64,000 nt of DNA from Eledone cirrhosa. Lineage: Eukaryota. The stretch spans positions 5,766,001-5,830,000 of the forward strand of contig OZ024746.1 of NCBI GenBank assembly GCA_964016885.1. Reading direction: 5' to 3'. Of this stretch, positions 1 through 11,665 are shown in pieces; the first letter of the stretch is position 1, and the number at the start of each line of letters is the position of its first letter. The position numbers and the translations under genes were made by a program. The notes under the pieces were generated by a model that saw only the letters and a program-made list of their open reading frames with translations, was not told the origin of the DNA and did not search any database.

Positions 1-120
1 CGACCTCGTAAGGATGAAAGGCAAAGTTAACCTCGGCGGGATTTGAACTCAGATCTTAAAGGGACGTAACTATGCTGGAAAGCATATCCGACCCTCTACT
101 GATACTACCAATCCACCACC
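1..120 (-). mobile_element. tRNA-derived Nin-domain SINE, 5' part (cut by window edge)
   Basis: Reverse complement gives an A-box-like TGGTAGTATCAG, B box GAGTTCAAATCC and the Nin-like core GCCTTTCATCCTTACG; many similar copies in the window. Confidence 0.85.
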
Positions 121-338
121 CAGATAAAATATAATATAGGTTAGTTTTATAAATAAATATTGACATGCCCTTAAAAAATGCAACCATTCTTGAGATATGT
201 ATAATGAAATAAATATGGTTTTATAAATATAGTTTCCATTTAATATATTGTATATTTACTCCAATAATTTGTTGAGTGCTTTATATCAGTTATAAAAATA
301 TTTTGCTTGTTGTATCCCAACAAATTAAATATAACCTC

Positions 339-341
<3 letters not shown>

Positions 342-397
<56 letters not shown>

Positions 398-539
398 TAT
401 ATAATATATATATATATAATATATATATATAATATATATATATAATATATATATATATAATATATATATATAATATATATATATAATATATATATATAAT
501 ATATATATATAATATATATATATAATATATATATATAAT

Positions 540-571
<32 letters not shown>

Positions 572-676
572 ATATATATATATAATATATATATATATAT
601 AATATATATATATAATATATATATATATATAATATATATATATAATATATATATATATATAATATATATATATAAT

Positions 677-708
<32 letters not shown>

Positions 709-862
709 ATATATATATATAATATATATATATATAATATATATATATATAATATATATATATAATATATATATATATATATAATATATATATATAATAT
801 ATATATATATATATAATATATATATATAATATATATATATATATATAATATATATATATAAT

Positions 863-900
<38 letters not shown>
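342..900. repeat. Interrupted (TA)n tract, ~560 bp, with periodic extra A
   Basis: Direct reading; source of the spurious YI-repeat ORFs. Confidence 0.97.
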
Positions 901-1098
901 GGACAATGTTTAACCCCGACGGCAGAGCTCATACCGTTTTGACGGGTAATTCTGGACTCTGAGTCCAGAAATACCCGTCGAAACGGCTTGAGCTCTGCCG
1001 TCGCGGTTAAACATTGTCCTATTATCCACTCTACAACCCTAAGTATTGAGTACTCTGGTGCGTTATGGTCCATCTGGTTCCTTACCACACTTCCTTTT
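899..1098 (+). mobile_element. Family A fold-back element with half hammerhead (Penelope-like terminus), copy 1
   Basis: ~120-bp palindrome centred at 960 plus ~80-bp tail, between (TA)n; GAAA-CGGC-ttgagctct-GCCG-TC at 980-1002; four more copies in the window. Confidence 0.75.
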
Positions 1099-1693
1099 AT
1101 ATATATATTTATATATATAGTAACAATTATTTAAAGTGACAATTTGATAATATAGATATGTGCGTGTGTATTGGGAACAGATAGATAGAGAAGGATATTA
1201 TATAAAACGTTAAACCTATTTGTTATTCTAAGCTAGTCTTTCAGACATGCAAATGAAAGCCTGTCAATAATATATGTATAATTTGATATATTATATTAAA
1301 TGATTCTATAGAATTCTGGATGAGACTAACTAACACTTTCATGCCATCCCTTTTCAACTTAAAATATTAATTTCTTTGGACTAGACATAAAGCCAAATCT
1401 AGCTGTTATTTTATAGATATAATCGACCTCAGTGTGTTAATATGAGTTGATTGATCAGCACCGCTGAAAAAGAAGGTGGCGTTGATATTAAAAATAAAAT
1501 AGCAACAAATGTGACACTAAGAAGAGCAATTAACCGTTCCTGTCCATATTTCGTTATGGAGGTTCATATGTCCTAATATTAGATTATGTCCTATTGTGCA
1601 TTTACTGTTAAAGCCGCTATTTCTATTTTCCAAATTGTTAAGTGCCACCGTATTCTAATTTCCACGTGCTTTCATATATATATATATATGTAT

Positions 1694-2055
1694 ATCTAGG
1701 GCGGTAAAATTCCCGAGATCCATGGACGAGTTCTCTCCAGCGGTCTCTGTCCCTCATTATCGCTGCCATGTCCTGCGTCTCCAACAGACCAGTGTCTGTC
1801 CTTAGAGCATCAACATATGTCAACCTCGGTCTTCCTCTTCCAGTGTGTCCATGTAGGAGATCCCACAGGAGTCTGAGTGCAATGTCAATTCTGGATGTCG
1901 GTGAGCATGTCCGGCTAACCTCAGTCTCCTCTGTCTCACTTTCGAGCTGACCTTTGGGAGGTTCCCGTACAGCTCTGAGTTCTTTATCCTCAGTGTATAC
2001 TGATTAATGTTCAGAGCCATCCCCAGCGTTCTCGTGTAGCACCCATCCCCCAGAT
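1694..2055 (-). mobile_element. RTE-clade LINE 3' fragment (decayed)
   Basis: DGCYTRTLGMALNI...RRLRLAGHAHRHPE...GRGRPRLTYVD...MRDRDRWR across a frameshift; same family as 6582-7110. Confidence 0.85.
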
Positions 2056-2189
2056 GGTCGATGGGTGCTTTCATATTTAGCGCTATTAACAGCTGATCTG
2101 AGGTCGGATTCCAATGTAACCCCAAAATTCTCCGGAACTTAACTTTGGACGCTTTTACTCTCTCTGCTGCCGCAGTTTGCTACTGCTTC

Positions 2190-2400
2190 CCATTTTATCC
2201 AGTAGGTCATCCTGGATCTATTCATGGCTTAAGGTAGTCTCAAGCTGCAGATAACTAGATGGTGATCAGTTGGCAGCTCAGCCCCTCTCTTAACATGAAC
2301 ATTCAGCACAAACTTGAAGAAATCAGACTCAGTAACAAAATTAATTATTGATCTCTGTCCCTAACTCTCCTTATACCGATAATGCCAATGCCTTACTCAT
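2190..2400 (-). mobile_element. LINE (RTE-type) AP-endonuclease fragment
   Basis: Translates to GQRSIINFVTE...NVHVKRGAELPTDHHLVICSLRL, the xDH motif of APE endonucleases. Confidence 0.7.
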
Positions 2401-3479
2401 GCAAATCTGTGTTCATTACTAATCCACTATATTTGCACCCCCTCGTCCTCTCCAGAACCACAATCAGTGAGGTGAAGCCGCATCACTATGTTCGTACAGC
2501 ATGAATACAGTAGAGTGATGCATTATATAAGGTGCCATATTTAGGTAACTTAAATTAGTGTTTCAAATTCCACTACCATGAATGACACATCTTTTCATCC
2601 GCATTGGTACAATAAGTTTCAAATGTAGGCACAGTCTAGTAGTTTGGAAGAGATGTAGAAGTCGATCATATCGACCCCAGAAGGACAAAATGCAAAGTTG
2701 ACCTCAGTGGAATATTGAATATATAAAATGAGTATCATTTATATAAAGATTCAACTGTAAACTATTGTATTCCACACCGACACGTGTGGCCATGAGCCAA
2801 TGTAAGAAATCAATATTTTTTGCAAAAAATTAAAATTATATTGCTCGTCATAAATCTAAAATTTTATTTAAACTCATCAAGTATTTTTCTTTTCTTCTTC
2901 TTAATTTTTTTTCTGCCAGTAATTGTATGCTTCCCTATATAGTTTTCACTTAATTATTTTTCAAGTCAGAAGCGTTTGTATATTGAAAGAGAAATTAATA
3001 TTTGGGCCGTAAATTTTAAGAAATTGTATTTTTGCTGATAAATGAAGAGAAAGTTGTGACATTCATGTTTCCCCCAAATGTAAGAGCCCGAGAACCTCTA
3101 GAAGCTGAGAATCTCCTAAAGTTCTTTTCAAACTCTCATCATAGATATTTACCTGTTTACTCTATGTTTTTTATCATTCAGTATTTTGAACAAAACATTA
3201 TGACCATTACTATCCTATGTAAAATATGTATGTCTGCAATACATCACATTTCATTTAATATTCCTACAGCTAACAGAGTCTTATCGAACCAATTTTTAAT
3301 TTCATTTTTATGACGTTTATCTAGAATAATTTGGCTACGTGACGTGCTCCTTTCTCCAGCAATACGCCTTCAGTAAGCTCGATAATAGCTATGTTTCGTT
3401 GTTGAAGTCAGAATAGGATTAAGAATATTTCTTTTGTACTTTCCAGGAAGACATTTGTGAGGCAGACGTACGTTTCGTG

Positions 3480-3800
3480 GTTAGGAGTTCGGAAAATATC
3501 TGATATATATCTTATATTCCTCATGCTTCTCCCTCGTGTTTCTTCGCTGTACTAACCATTCCTAAACTTTCCTCCTCAGAATAGATGTCTTTTCCGTAGA
3601 CGTCGAATTTAAGGCAGCAACTTGGGTCCATCCTCTTTCATTAGACCAGGTGCAACCGAAGTATTACAATGGCAGAAGTCTTTATCTGATATCTAAACAC
3701 TGTTCTGGTATTTCCTTGGAATAGACTATCTTGTAATATATCCTTCATAACTCAGTGGAATAGATTCAAATAATAATTACAGTTAAAATACAGAGTCAGA
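3480..3800 (-). mobile_element. Highly decayed RTE-like C-terminal fragment
   Basis: Remnants L*YFG...KTSILR...; many stops and shifts. Confidence 0.35.
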
Positions 3801-5026
3801 AAACTGGCTCTTTGCCTCGTTCACTATACAGTGCTCACCTCGACATGTTAATATATTGGACTACTTCCAATGCATTTAAGTATGTTTGTTAGTAATACAT
3901 AATCTCTAATCATTAATGATTTACCTAGCTGAAATAACTATCAAACTTGAAAATTTAAGCAAGTGAAAAACACTGAACCATCTTTATAGTGATTAAGTTG
4001 CAATGTTTTCATATACTCGCATATTTTTATTTCAACGATTCATTTATATATTTATTTCAATAAATTCTTCAGATGCCATTTTTATTTTATTTTGTGTAAT
4101 ATAATAGTAGAGATTTTACATTCTAGTTGCATTACCAAGACAAATAGCGTAAATCAATTATCCGATTTTTTTGCTTATTTATATATATATATATATATAT
4201 ATATTTGTATTTTACATAATTTACGAAAACAGTTTATTATTAAAATGCTGCAATGCAACACATGTAGAATTTCCTATAATTCAAAATCCCCGAGCTACGA
4301 TATAACATGCTGAGGTCATGAAAACAAAATTTGTAAAGTGTGCTGTATTGCAGACATACATATTTATGTCAGAAAGAGATTTTTCATATAAATGTATATT
4401 TAGCGAAACAGTTGTCTCTCAATAAATAGCACAAATTTAATAAACATGAATATAACCTTGGTTAGATAACTGGAACACCATTGCAATGTTTATCACATGC
4501 ATTGCTGGAACAATTTCACTCAAACCATATTCTACATCAAACGATATATGTCTCCTACGTAAAATTCCAGTCGGCAACTTTTCAATTAATTTTAAGGAAA
4601 TTTCACAAATATTGGACGATTTTCATAAGCGTTTGTACATATGCCCCAGGTTTAACCTTAAACATTGCACAGTATGTAAACATAAGTTAGGTATTCACCT
4701 CAACCGTGCAGACGTTGCATTCTGTCCTTATCAAAGCTGACTTTCCTTTAAATGATCATAGTAAATTGGTTGTTAGCTCCTCTTTACAAAGGTAAATTTG
4801 AGATGACCTCCATTAGACAACAGCTGGATACTATTGGAGTCATTCGCATTAGTTTATATTTGAGTTTGGCAACTAAACACGTCCCCTCGTTGTTTTGAGT
4901 TTGACCCTCCGAAGTCACTGAATAAACAAAATTCAAGTAAACAAAACAAAAATATATTTATGAGCCTAAAAAATAGATTTGGTAACGTATTGAATTTAAG
5001 ATTCAGTTATTGTACCAATAACGATC

Positions 5027-5234
5027 GATGGACTTTCGTCAAATCGGACCGAGGAAACAATGTTTTCGTCGGTCTTTCCAGTTGCTAATACTATCTATCG
5101 GTCGCAACTCCAGGTAGAAGGAGCAACGTGAAATAAAGTGTCTTGCTCAAGGACACAACGCATCACCCGGTCCAGGAATCGAACTCACAACCTCAAGAAT
5201 CCCATTCTCTAACCACTCAGCCACATGCCTTCAC
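5027..5234 (-). mobile_element. tRNA-derived CORE-type SINE with 19-bp target-site duplication
   Basis: Reverse complement has GAGTTCGATTCC B box and TTGTGTCCTTGAGCAAGACACTT core; TATTGTACCAATAACGATC at both 5008-5026 and 5235-5253. Confidence 0.85.
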
Positions 5235-5490
5235 TATTGTACCAATAACGATCAAAATACTTTATAATTAATGTGTTCTTCCCTTGTGTAGTCAACGCCT
5301 TATCAGTAATATAGGAGAGATAACAGTAAGAAGGCTAAAATAAGTCACAATCTCAATTATATTTCAATCATCAAAGTATTTAAAGGATGAAAGTATTTGT
5401 TGTATATTTTTATTTAGTTTCTTCTTTACATATTCAAAATTAAAGTATTTATAAACTCGTTTGAATCACTGATATAATTTCGTAATTATT

Positions 5491-5539
<49 letters not shown>

Positions 5540-5958
5540 GTGTGGGGGGGATATGTGTATGTGTGTGTCTGTATGTTAGCACTTTCGATGTTAAATGTGT
5601 CGTTGTGTAGATTTGTAAATGTGCCTGTTTGTGCACTTTCGCGATTAAATGTTTGACTTTGTATCTAAAGTCACATCTTTTAATGTGTATGTATGTCTCT
5701 TTGCATATATGACGACAGGAAATTAATTTACTTAATTGATTTATATGAGAAAATAAAATATACTTGTTGTCAATGTTACAGCTTAAGAATTCTATGGATG
5801 ATTATTTCAGTTAAAATCAATTTTATTTAAAACTACGTAAGTTTAAAACGTTTTCATTACACTGATCTGTTTTCTCTAAAAATAAAGGACATAAACAAAA
5901 CTAAGCATGGTCAACGCCAGTAACAAATATACATGCATAGATGCATATATATATATAT

Positions 5959-6045
5959 ACGGGGTCGATAAAATAAAGTACCAGTAATGCACTGGGATAA
6001 TTGCTGGCCTTGTGCCGAAAGTAGAAATAATAATAATAATTGTTT
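5959..6045 (+). mobile_element. Nin-SINE 3' fragment
   Basis: GGGGTCGATAAAATAAAGTACCAGT...GGCCTTGTGCC...AGAAATAATAAT. Confidence 0.8.
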
Positions 6046-6064
6046 CTACTAATAATAATAATAA

Positions 6065-6273
6065 TGGTTTCTTATATAGGCACAAGGCCAGTAATTTTGG
6101 GGGAGGGGAAAGTCTATTAAATCGACCCCAGTGCGTGACTGGTACTTGATTTTATCGACCCCTTAAGGATGAAAGGCAAAGTTAACCCTGGCGGGATTTG
6201 AAGTCAGACCATAGAGGGCCGTAACTCTTTGCAAAGCATGGCGTCCGACCCTCTACCGATACTGCCAATCCAC
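6065..6273 (-). mobile_element. Nin-SINE, full-length long form
   Basis: A/B boxes, Nin core and extra GGGGTCGATTTAAT...CCCTCCCCC segment on the minus strand. Confidence 0.88.
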
Positions 6274-6280
6274 ATAATAA

Positions 6281-6453
6281 TAATTGTTTCTAGTTTTGGC
6301 ACAAGGCCAGACATTTACCAGTGTATTACTGGTACTTTATTTTATCGACCCCGTAAGGCAAAGTTAACCTCGGCGGGATTTGAACTCAGAATGAAAAGGG
6401 CCGTAACTCCATGCGTCAAAGCATGACGTCCGACCCTCTACCGATTCTGCCAA
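6281..6453 (-). mobile_element. Nin-SINE, short form, tandem with previous copy
   Basis: Same head and core, lacks the extra segment. Confidence 0.88.
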
Positions 6454-6454
6454 T

Positions 6455-6577
6455 AACATTACGAAAGATGGTGATGTTACATAAATCGTTTATTCATTAT
6501 GATTACTTGCATGGGTACCGTTGAATAATTATAATGAATAAACTATTTATGTAACATCACCATCTTTCTTAATGTTA
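6455..6577. repeat. Inverted repeat, ~46-bp arms, ~30-bp spacer
   Basis: AACATTACGAAAGATGGTGATGTTACATAAAT...ATTTATGTAACATCACCATCTTTCTTAATGTT. Confidence 0.9.
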
Positions 6578-6581
6578 TCAT

Positions 6582-7110
6582 TGCTGTAGTGGAGTCTGTG
6601 CTGCTGTACGGGTCTGAGACTTGAACACTGACCAAGAAACTCACTCACATGGTGGATGGGTGCTACACGAGAATGCTGAGGATGGCTCTGAACATTAATC
6701 AGTATACACTGAGGATGGCTCTGAACATTAATCAGTATACACTGAGGATGGCTCTGAACATTAATCAGTATACACTGAGGATGGCTCTGAACATTAATCA
6801 GTATACACTGAGGATGAAGAACTCCGAGCTGTACGGGAGCCTCCCAAAAGTCAGTCGAGAGTAGCCCAGAGGAGACTGAAGTTAGCTGGACATGCTCACC
6901 AACATCCAGAGTTGACACTGCCCTCAGTGCTCCTGTGGGAGCCCCTACATGGACACACTGGAAGAGGAAGACCGAGGTTGACATATATTGATACTCTAAG
7001 GACAGACACTGGTCTGTTGGAGACGCAGGCCATGGCAGCGATAATGAGGGACAGAAGCCGCTGGAGAGAACTCGTCCATGGATCTCGGGAATTTTACCCG
7101 CCCTAGACAT
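6582..7110 (+). mobile_element. RTE-clade LINE 3' fragment with internal 33-bp x4 tandem expansion
   Basis: VESVLLYGSET...DGCYTRMLRMALNINQYT(x4)...LLWEPLHGHTGRGRPRLTYIDTL; stops and frameshifts. Confidence 0.9.
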
Positions 7111-7394
7111 AGTTACAGTAAATGACCGATAAGTTTTTTCTACGGTACATTAGTGGGTCTCGTCACTCTGGAGCCTCACCTGTTTATCATATCTGATGTT
7201 TTACAAAAGACACTCAGCGAAAGAATGCAATCTAAAACTTTGATTTGTATATTACCAATAATATTCACTAAGGTAATTAAGAAACTACGAGTAAATTAGC
7301 ATCAATAAATAGTCTCGGGGAAAAATATGTCAAACCTACAAATATGTCAAATATGTCTTCATTGTGTGAGATGTGACTGTTTATTTTAAATTGC

Positions 7395-7447
7395 ATGAAA
7401 TAATTACTTAGAATACATGCAAAGAAATAGTCATTCATATAAACATC

Positions 7448-7452
<5 letters not shown>
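7395..7452. repeat. ~57-bp segment repeated at 7395, 7605 and 8562, each followed by (TA)n
   Basis: ATGAAATAATTACTTA(G/A)AATACATG...CATATAAACATCTGAA, near identical. Confidence 0.9.
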
Positions 7453-7502
<50 letters not shown>

Positions 7503-7504
<2 letters not shown>

Positions 7505-7560
7505 CAAAGAGGGTAAGGTAACGGCCGGAGCTCAGCAGTGTTTTTTCCAATTCCACTTTC
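7503..7560 (-). mobile_element. Short element end related to family A 3' terminus (second copy 9139-9196)
   Basis: Reverse complement ends CCTTACCCTCTTTGTT like family A CCTTACCACAATTCCTTTGTT; between (TA)n and (CT)n. Confidence 0.5.
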
Positions 7561-7576
7561 TCTCTCTCTCCTCCAC

Positions 7577-7607
<31 letters not shown>

Positions 7608-8063
7608 AAATAATTACTTAAAATACATGCAAAGAAATAGTCATTCATATAAACATCTGAATATATATATATATATATATATATATTTTGTCTTGAAAGA
7701 CTTATTTTTCAGTGACTTCTCAATCAGCCGAGACAAACCTACATTTGTGGCAAAATCAATTTTTAACATTCACATGACCTCTACCGACCAATCAAAATTG
7801 TTTTGACCACAAGAATTTTTTCATACATCTGGAGCCACTTTTTTTTTACATAAAACAAGTAGAATTTCAAAAACTAAACAGATTAGAGCAAACATCACGG
7901 GCGCTCTATCTCAAAATTATTTTTGAAAAGCATTAGAAATGCGCAACCGGTAAAGCTTAAAACCCAAACTGATTACTAACCAATAATATTACTAATTTTT
8001 ACTTATTCCTAATTAAACTATTTTTCACTGGGAACAATTTGTCAGCATTTTCTTTTCCTTTTA

Positions 8064-8121
<58 letters not shown>

Positions 8122-8122
<1 letters not shown>

Positions 8123-8321
8123 GTTATTCCGGGTTGAATCGGAGGTAACCACAGTAAGTAAGGTACTCCATACATAGCAGAGTATAAAAGTTTTAATATA
8201 GATGAGATTCTACAAGACTAGAACTGTTTCATTCTTTAGAAATCATCAGGAACCTCTGAGATTCCTGATGATTTCTAAAGAATGAAACAGTTCTAGTCCT
8301 GTAGAATCTCATCTATATTAA

Positions 8322-8326
<5 letters not shown>
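8122..8326 (-). mobile_element. Family B fold-back element with two divergent hammerheads
   Basis: Palindrome ~8190-8326 plus tail, flanked by (TA)n; homologues at 16858, 31479 and 53760. Confidence 0.8.
8257..8311 (+). ncRNA. Type I hammerhead ribozyme (family B)
   Basis: TGAGATTC-CTGATGA-tTTCtaaaGAAt-GAAA-CAG-ttctagtc-CTG-TA-GAATCTCA: 8-bp helix I, weak helix II, 4-bp helix III, GUA triplet; inverted copy at 8203-8256 on the minus strand. Confidence 0.75.
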
Positions 8327-8358
<32 letters not shown>

Positions 8359-8361
<3 letters not shown>

Positions 8362-8553
8362 CGAAGGAAATGCGGTAAGGAACCAGGTGGACCATAATGC
8401 ACCAAAGTACTCAATACTTAGGGTAGTAGAGTGGGTAATAGGAACGAGTAGGACCCCGACGGCTGAGCTCAAGCCGTTTCGACGGCTAATTCTGTCCAGA
8501 ATTAGCCGTCGAAACGGCTTGAGCTCAGCCGTCAGGGTCCTACTCGTTCCTAT
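8359..8553 (-). mobile_element. Family A fold-back element, copy 2
   Basis: Palindrome centred ~8495 plus family A tail; in (TA)n. Confidence 0.78.
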
Positions 8554-8614
8554 ATATATATATGAAATAATTACTTAAAATACATGTAAAGAAATAGTCA
8601 TTCATATAAACGTC

Positions 8615-8664
<50 letters not shown>

Positions 8665-8665
<1 letters not shown>

Positions 8666-9095
8666 TAGGTCGTTTTGGAGGCCTCAACAATGCAGATGGG
8701 TAATTCTCCGGGTAACAAGATCCCGTGTTGAAGAGAGAGATGTAAGTGAATGTAGAATGAGATGTATAGTGTGTAGAAGAACGTAGGAAAGAGCGTAAAA
8801 AATAAAAATAATAACACGAGATAGAGTTACCTTAGGAGAGATTTAATTGTCCCTATATATTTCTGATTCACATCCATCAACTGGGGTTTTTTCCGGAGAA
8901 GGGAAAGGTTATCTATCGGAAAGGTGCGAAACGTGTCCTCCGCTGTTCGTTGTTTTTTTTTTACGCTCTTTCCTACGTTTTTCTACCCACTAAACATCTC
9001 ATTCTACATTCACTTACATCTCTCTCTTCACCACCGGATCTTGTTACCCCGAGAATTACCCATCTGCATTGTTGAGGCTTCCAAAAGGACCTAAA
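8665..9095. mobile_element. Element with ~135-bp imperfect terminal inverted arms in (TA)n (family C)
   Basis: 8666-8800 is the reverse complement of ~8955-9092. Confidence 0.7.
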
Positions 9096-9103
9096 GAAAA
9101 TAT

Positions 9104-9140
<37 letters not shown>

Positions 9141-9191
9141 CAAAGAGGGTAAGGAAACGGCTGGAACTCAGCCGTGTTTTTTCCAATTCCA

Positions 9192-9296
<105 letters not shown>

Positions 9297-9395
9297 TGTG
9301 TGTGTCTGTCTGTCTGTATATATATATATATATATATATCATGAGCACAATGCTATGATTGACTGGAAACAGTATGTCAGATCTATTCATTTCAG

Positions 9396-9467
9396 TAACG
9401 AGACATTCGTATCATTGATCTTGCTGATTGAACTACTATCGACCTGGCCAACTTTGATGGCCTACAC
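9396..9467 (+). CDS. Possible small exon with hydrophobic, signal-peptide-like segment
   Basis: ttcatttcag / gtatgt boundaries; NETFVSLILLIELLSTWPTLMAY; no homology recognised. Confidence 0.2.
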
Positions 9468-9900
9468 GTATGTCATTCTACTAAAATTATGATAAAGTCT
9501 ACAAGAACGTCTATATTATGAATAATTAGTTTCCTAATTATTTCCAGTTCTCATCACTATTGTAATCGTATATTTATGTCATATTTCATTCTTACCTACT
9601 TTTAATTAGCATTCTCAGTATATATTTCCTGCCGTTCTTTATATAAGCTCTCATACATCAAATTGCTTCTTTCTCTCTATCTGTAATTTTATTAGCGTTC
9701 ATATGAATGTGTAAATAGTATTTGTTCTGACTTCTGTTGACGGGTATAGATGTTCAAAATGGTATGATAGGTAATATCTTCAGCCAGGATTGCAAAGCTG
9801 CATTGATAAATGTGAAATATAAATACAGGAAGAAATTAATCTTCTTTATGTCGCTAACTTTTGTCGTTTCCATTTATATATATAAATATATATATATATG

Positions 9901-9966
<66 letters not shown>

Positions 9967-10010
9967 AGTGTGTGTGTATGTGTGTGTGGGTGTGTGTGCG
10001 TGTGTGTGGT

Positions 10011-10060
<50 letters not shown>

Positions 10061-10129
10061 CATATACATATATGCACATACACATATACATAAATGCACA
10101 TACACATATACATAAATGCATATATATAC

Positions 10130-10160
<31 letters not shown>

Positions 10161-10217
10161 CATACACACACATACACACACACACACATATATATATATC
10201 TATCTACACACACACAA

Positions 10218-10274
<57 letters not shown>

Positions 10275-10615
10275 GCTCTATCTATCCTTCTCTGACTCAA
10301 TACCCTGTTTGTGTGTGTATGCCTACGTGTGTCTAACTCCTTATATACATGAAGGAAGGATTTTCTTATGAACTCATTGTTTTGCATGAACCCTTAATAG
10401 GAAATGTAAAATATAAATAAAAGAGCGGTACTATGAATATGTTAAGGGCTTTTTATAGAGGGTTGTTTTAAATCATGTTTTATTTCAAAATTTCTATTTG
10501 GAATATTTAATTATTTGATCGTCCACAAAAGGGGTTTAATTCAGATATAAATATAAGGACATACCATGGATCTTATTGAAGAACATGGAGAAGTAAAGAT
10601 TCCTATTAAGATGTA

Positions 10616-10732
10616 ATAAGTTATACATATTATATAGATTGGGTCTATATAAGTTATATATATATAGATTGGGTCTATATAAGTTATACATATTATATAG
10701 ATTGGGTCTATATAAGTTATATATATATAGGT
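10616..10732. repeat. Minisatellite, ~30-33 bp x ~3.5
   Basis: ATAAGTTATACATATTATATAGATTGGGTCTAT variants. Confidence 0.9.
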
Positions 10733-11665
10733 TGGATCATGAAGTTCAGACTAAGTTTTTACAGAATATTTGGTGAAATACATCAGCTGGAAATCTGAAA
10801 CCATTTTCTAGAGGATTAATCAAAATTCTGTTCTGGAATTGAGGACAATAATAAATTACCTTAATGTAATATTTGAACACCAAATATTGAAGCAAGCTAT
10901 ATCTGATATACTGGTATATATATATCCCTGAGAAACCATCCTTTCTCTAGTTTGTGTAGTAAAACTCAAATTGCTCCAAGAAGATCAGCTAATTAAGAAT
11001 TTGAATACAATATCTTTGCAAAATAATTTAAAGATTTCTCATCAGAGGAGAATGTTCTGGTTAGAATGAATATTCTATTAAAAGAGAATGGAGGGCCTAC
11101 AAGATAATACAACCAAGAAACATTATTCAGAGTAAAATATTACAAATTCATGAGAAAATACACACCAGCGTGTATATAAGAGCTTTGAAGGGAAATGTAT
11201 TAATATCATCTTTAATTAAAAACTTCTGAAAACCAGTAATGGAATAACGCTTTGTTATATATGTTAGCATATTTTTTATATTAGCATTGAAAATCTAGTT
11301 TGAAGTTTTAATGATTGCTGCACTTACTATAATTAATGTAACTCAACTATTTCATGTTTTAATAAAGATGTTGCCACTCAATAATTAACATCTGTGGCTA
11401 CTGTTTAATTATAATAATTTAATATATATGTGAACGTGTAACAATCACAGATAATCTTGAGGCAAAATGTACAGGAATGTATGTATAATTACTAAGCTCA
11501 GCTATTCATCAAGCTAATTACTATTCATCAAGTCTTATATATTCGATATATTTCTTATAATATTTAGTGAGTGCTCTAAAGCAAATACTAAACTAGTGTT
11601 GAGCTCTTTCTGATTCTGGCTGAAAATAATTTCATTTGTTAATCGAAAAGCGCACTGATAGAATA

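Noticed and set aside
240-1088. YI/HT/CV/ER-repeat ORFs here and throughout the window
   Set aside because: Translations of (TA)n, (CA)n and (GA)n microsatellites
2060-2150. ILGLHWNPTSDQL resembling BEL/Pao polyprotein
   Set aside because: Too short, wedged between LINE fragments, no further support
7690-8065. Similarity to the reverse complement of ~21500-21560 (possible dispersed DNA element)
   Set aside because: Only a ~30-bp match by eye; ends and class could not be defined
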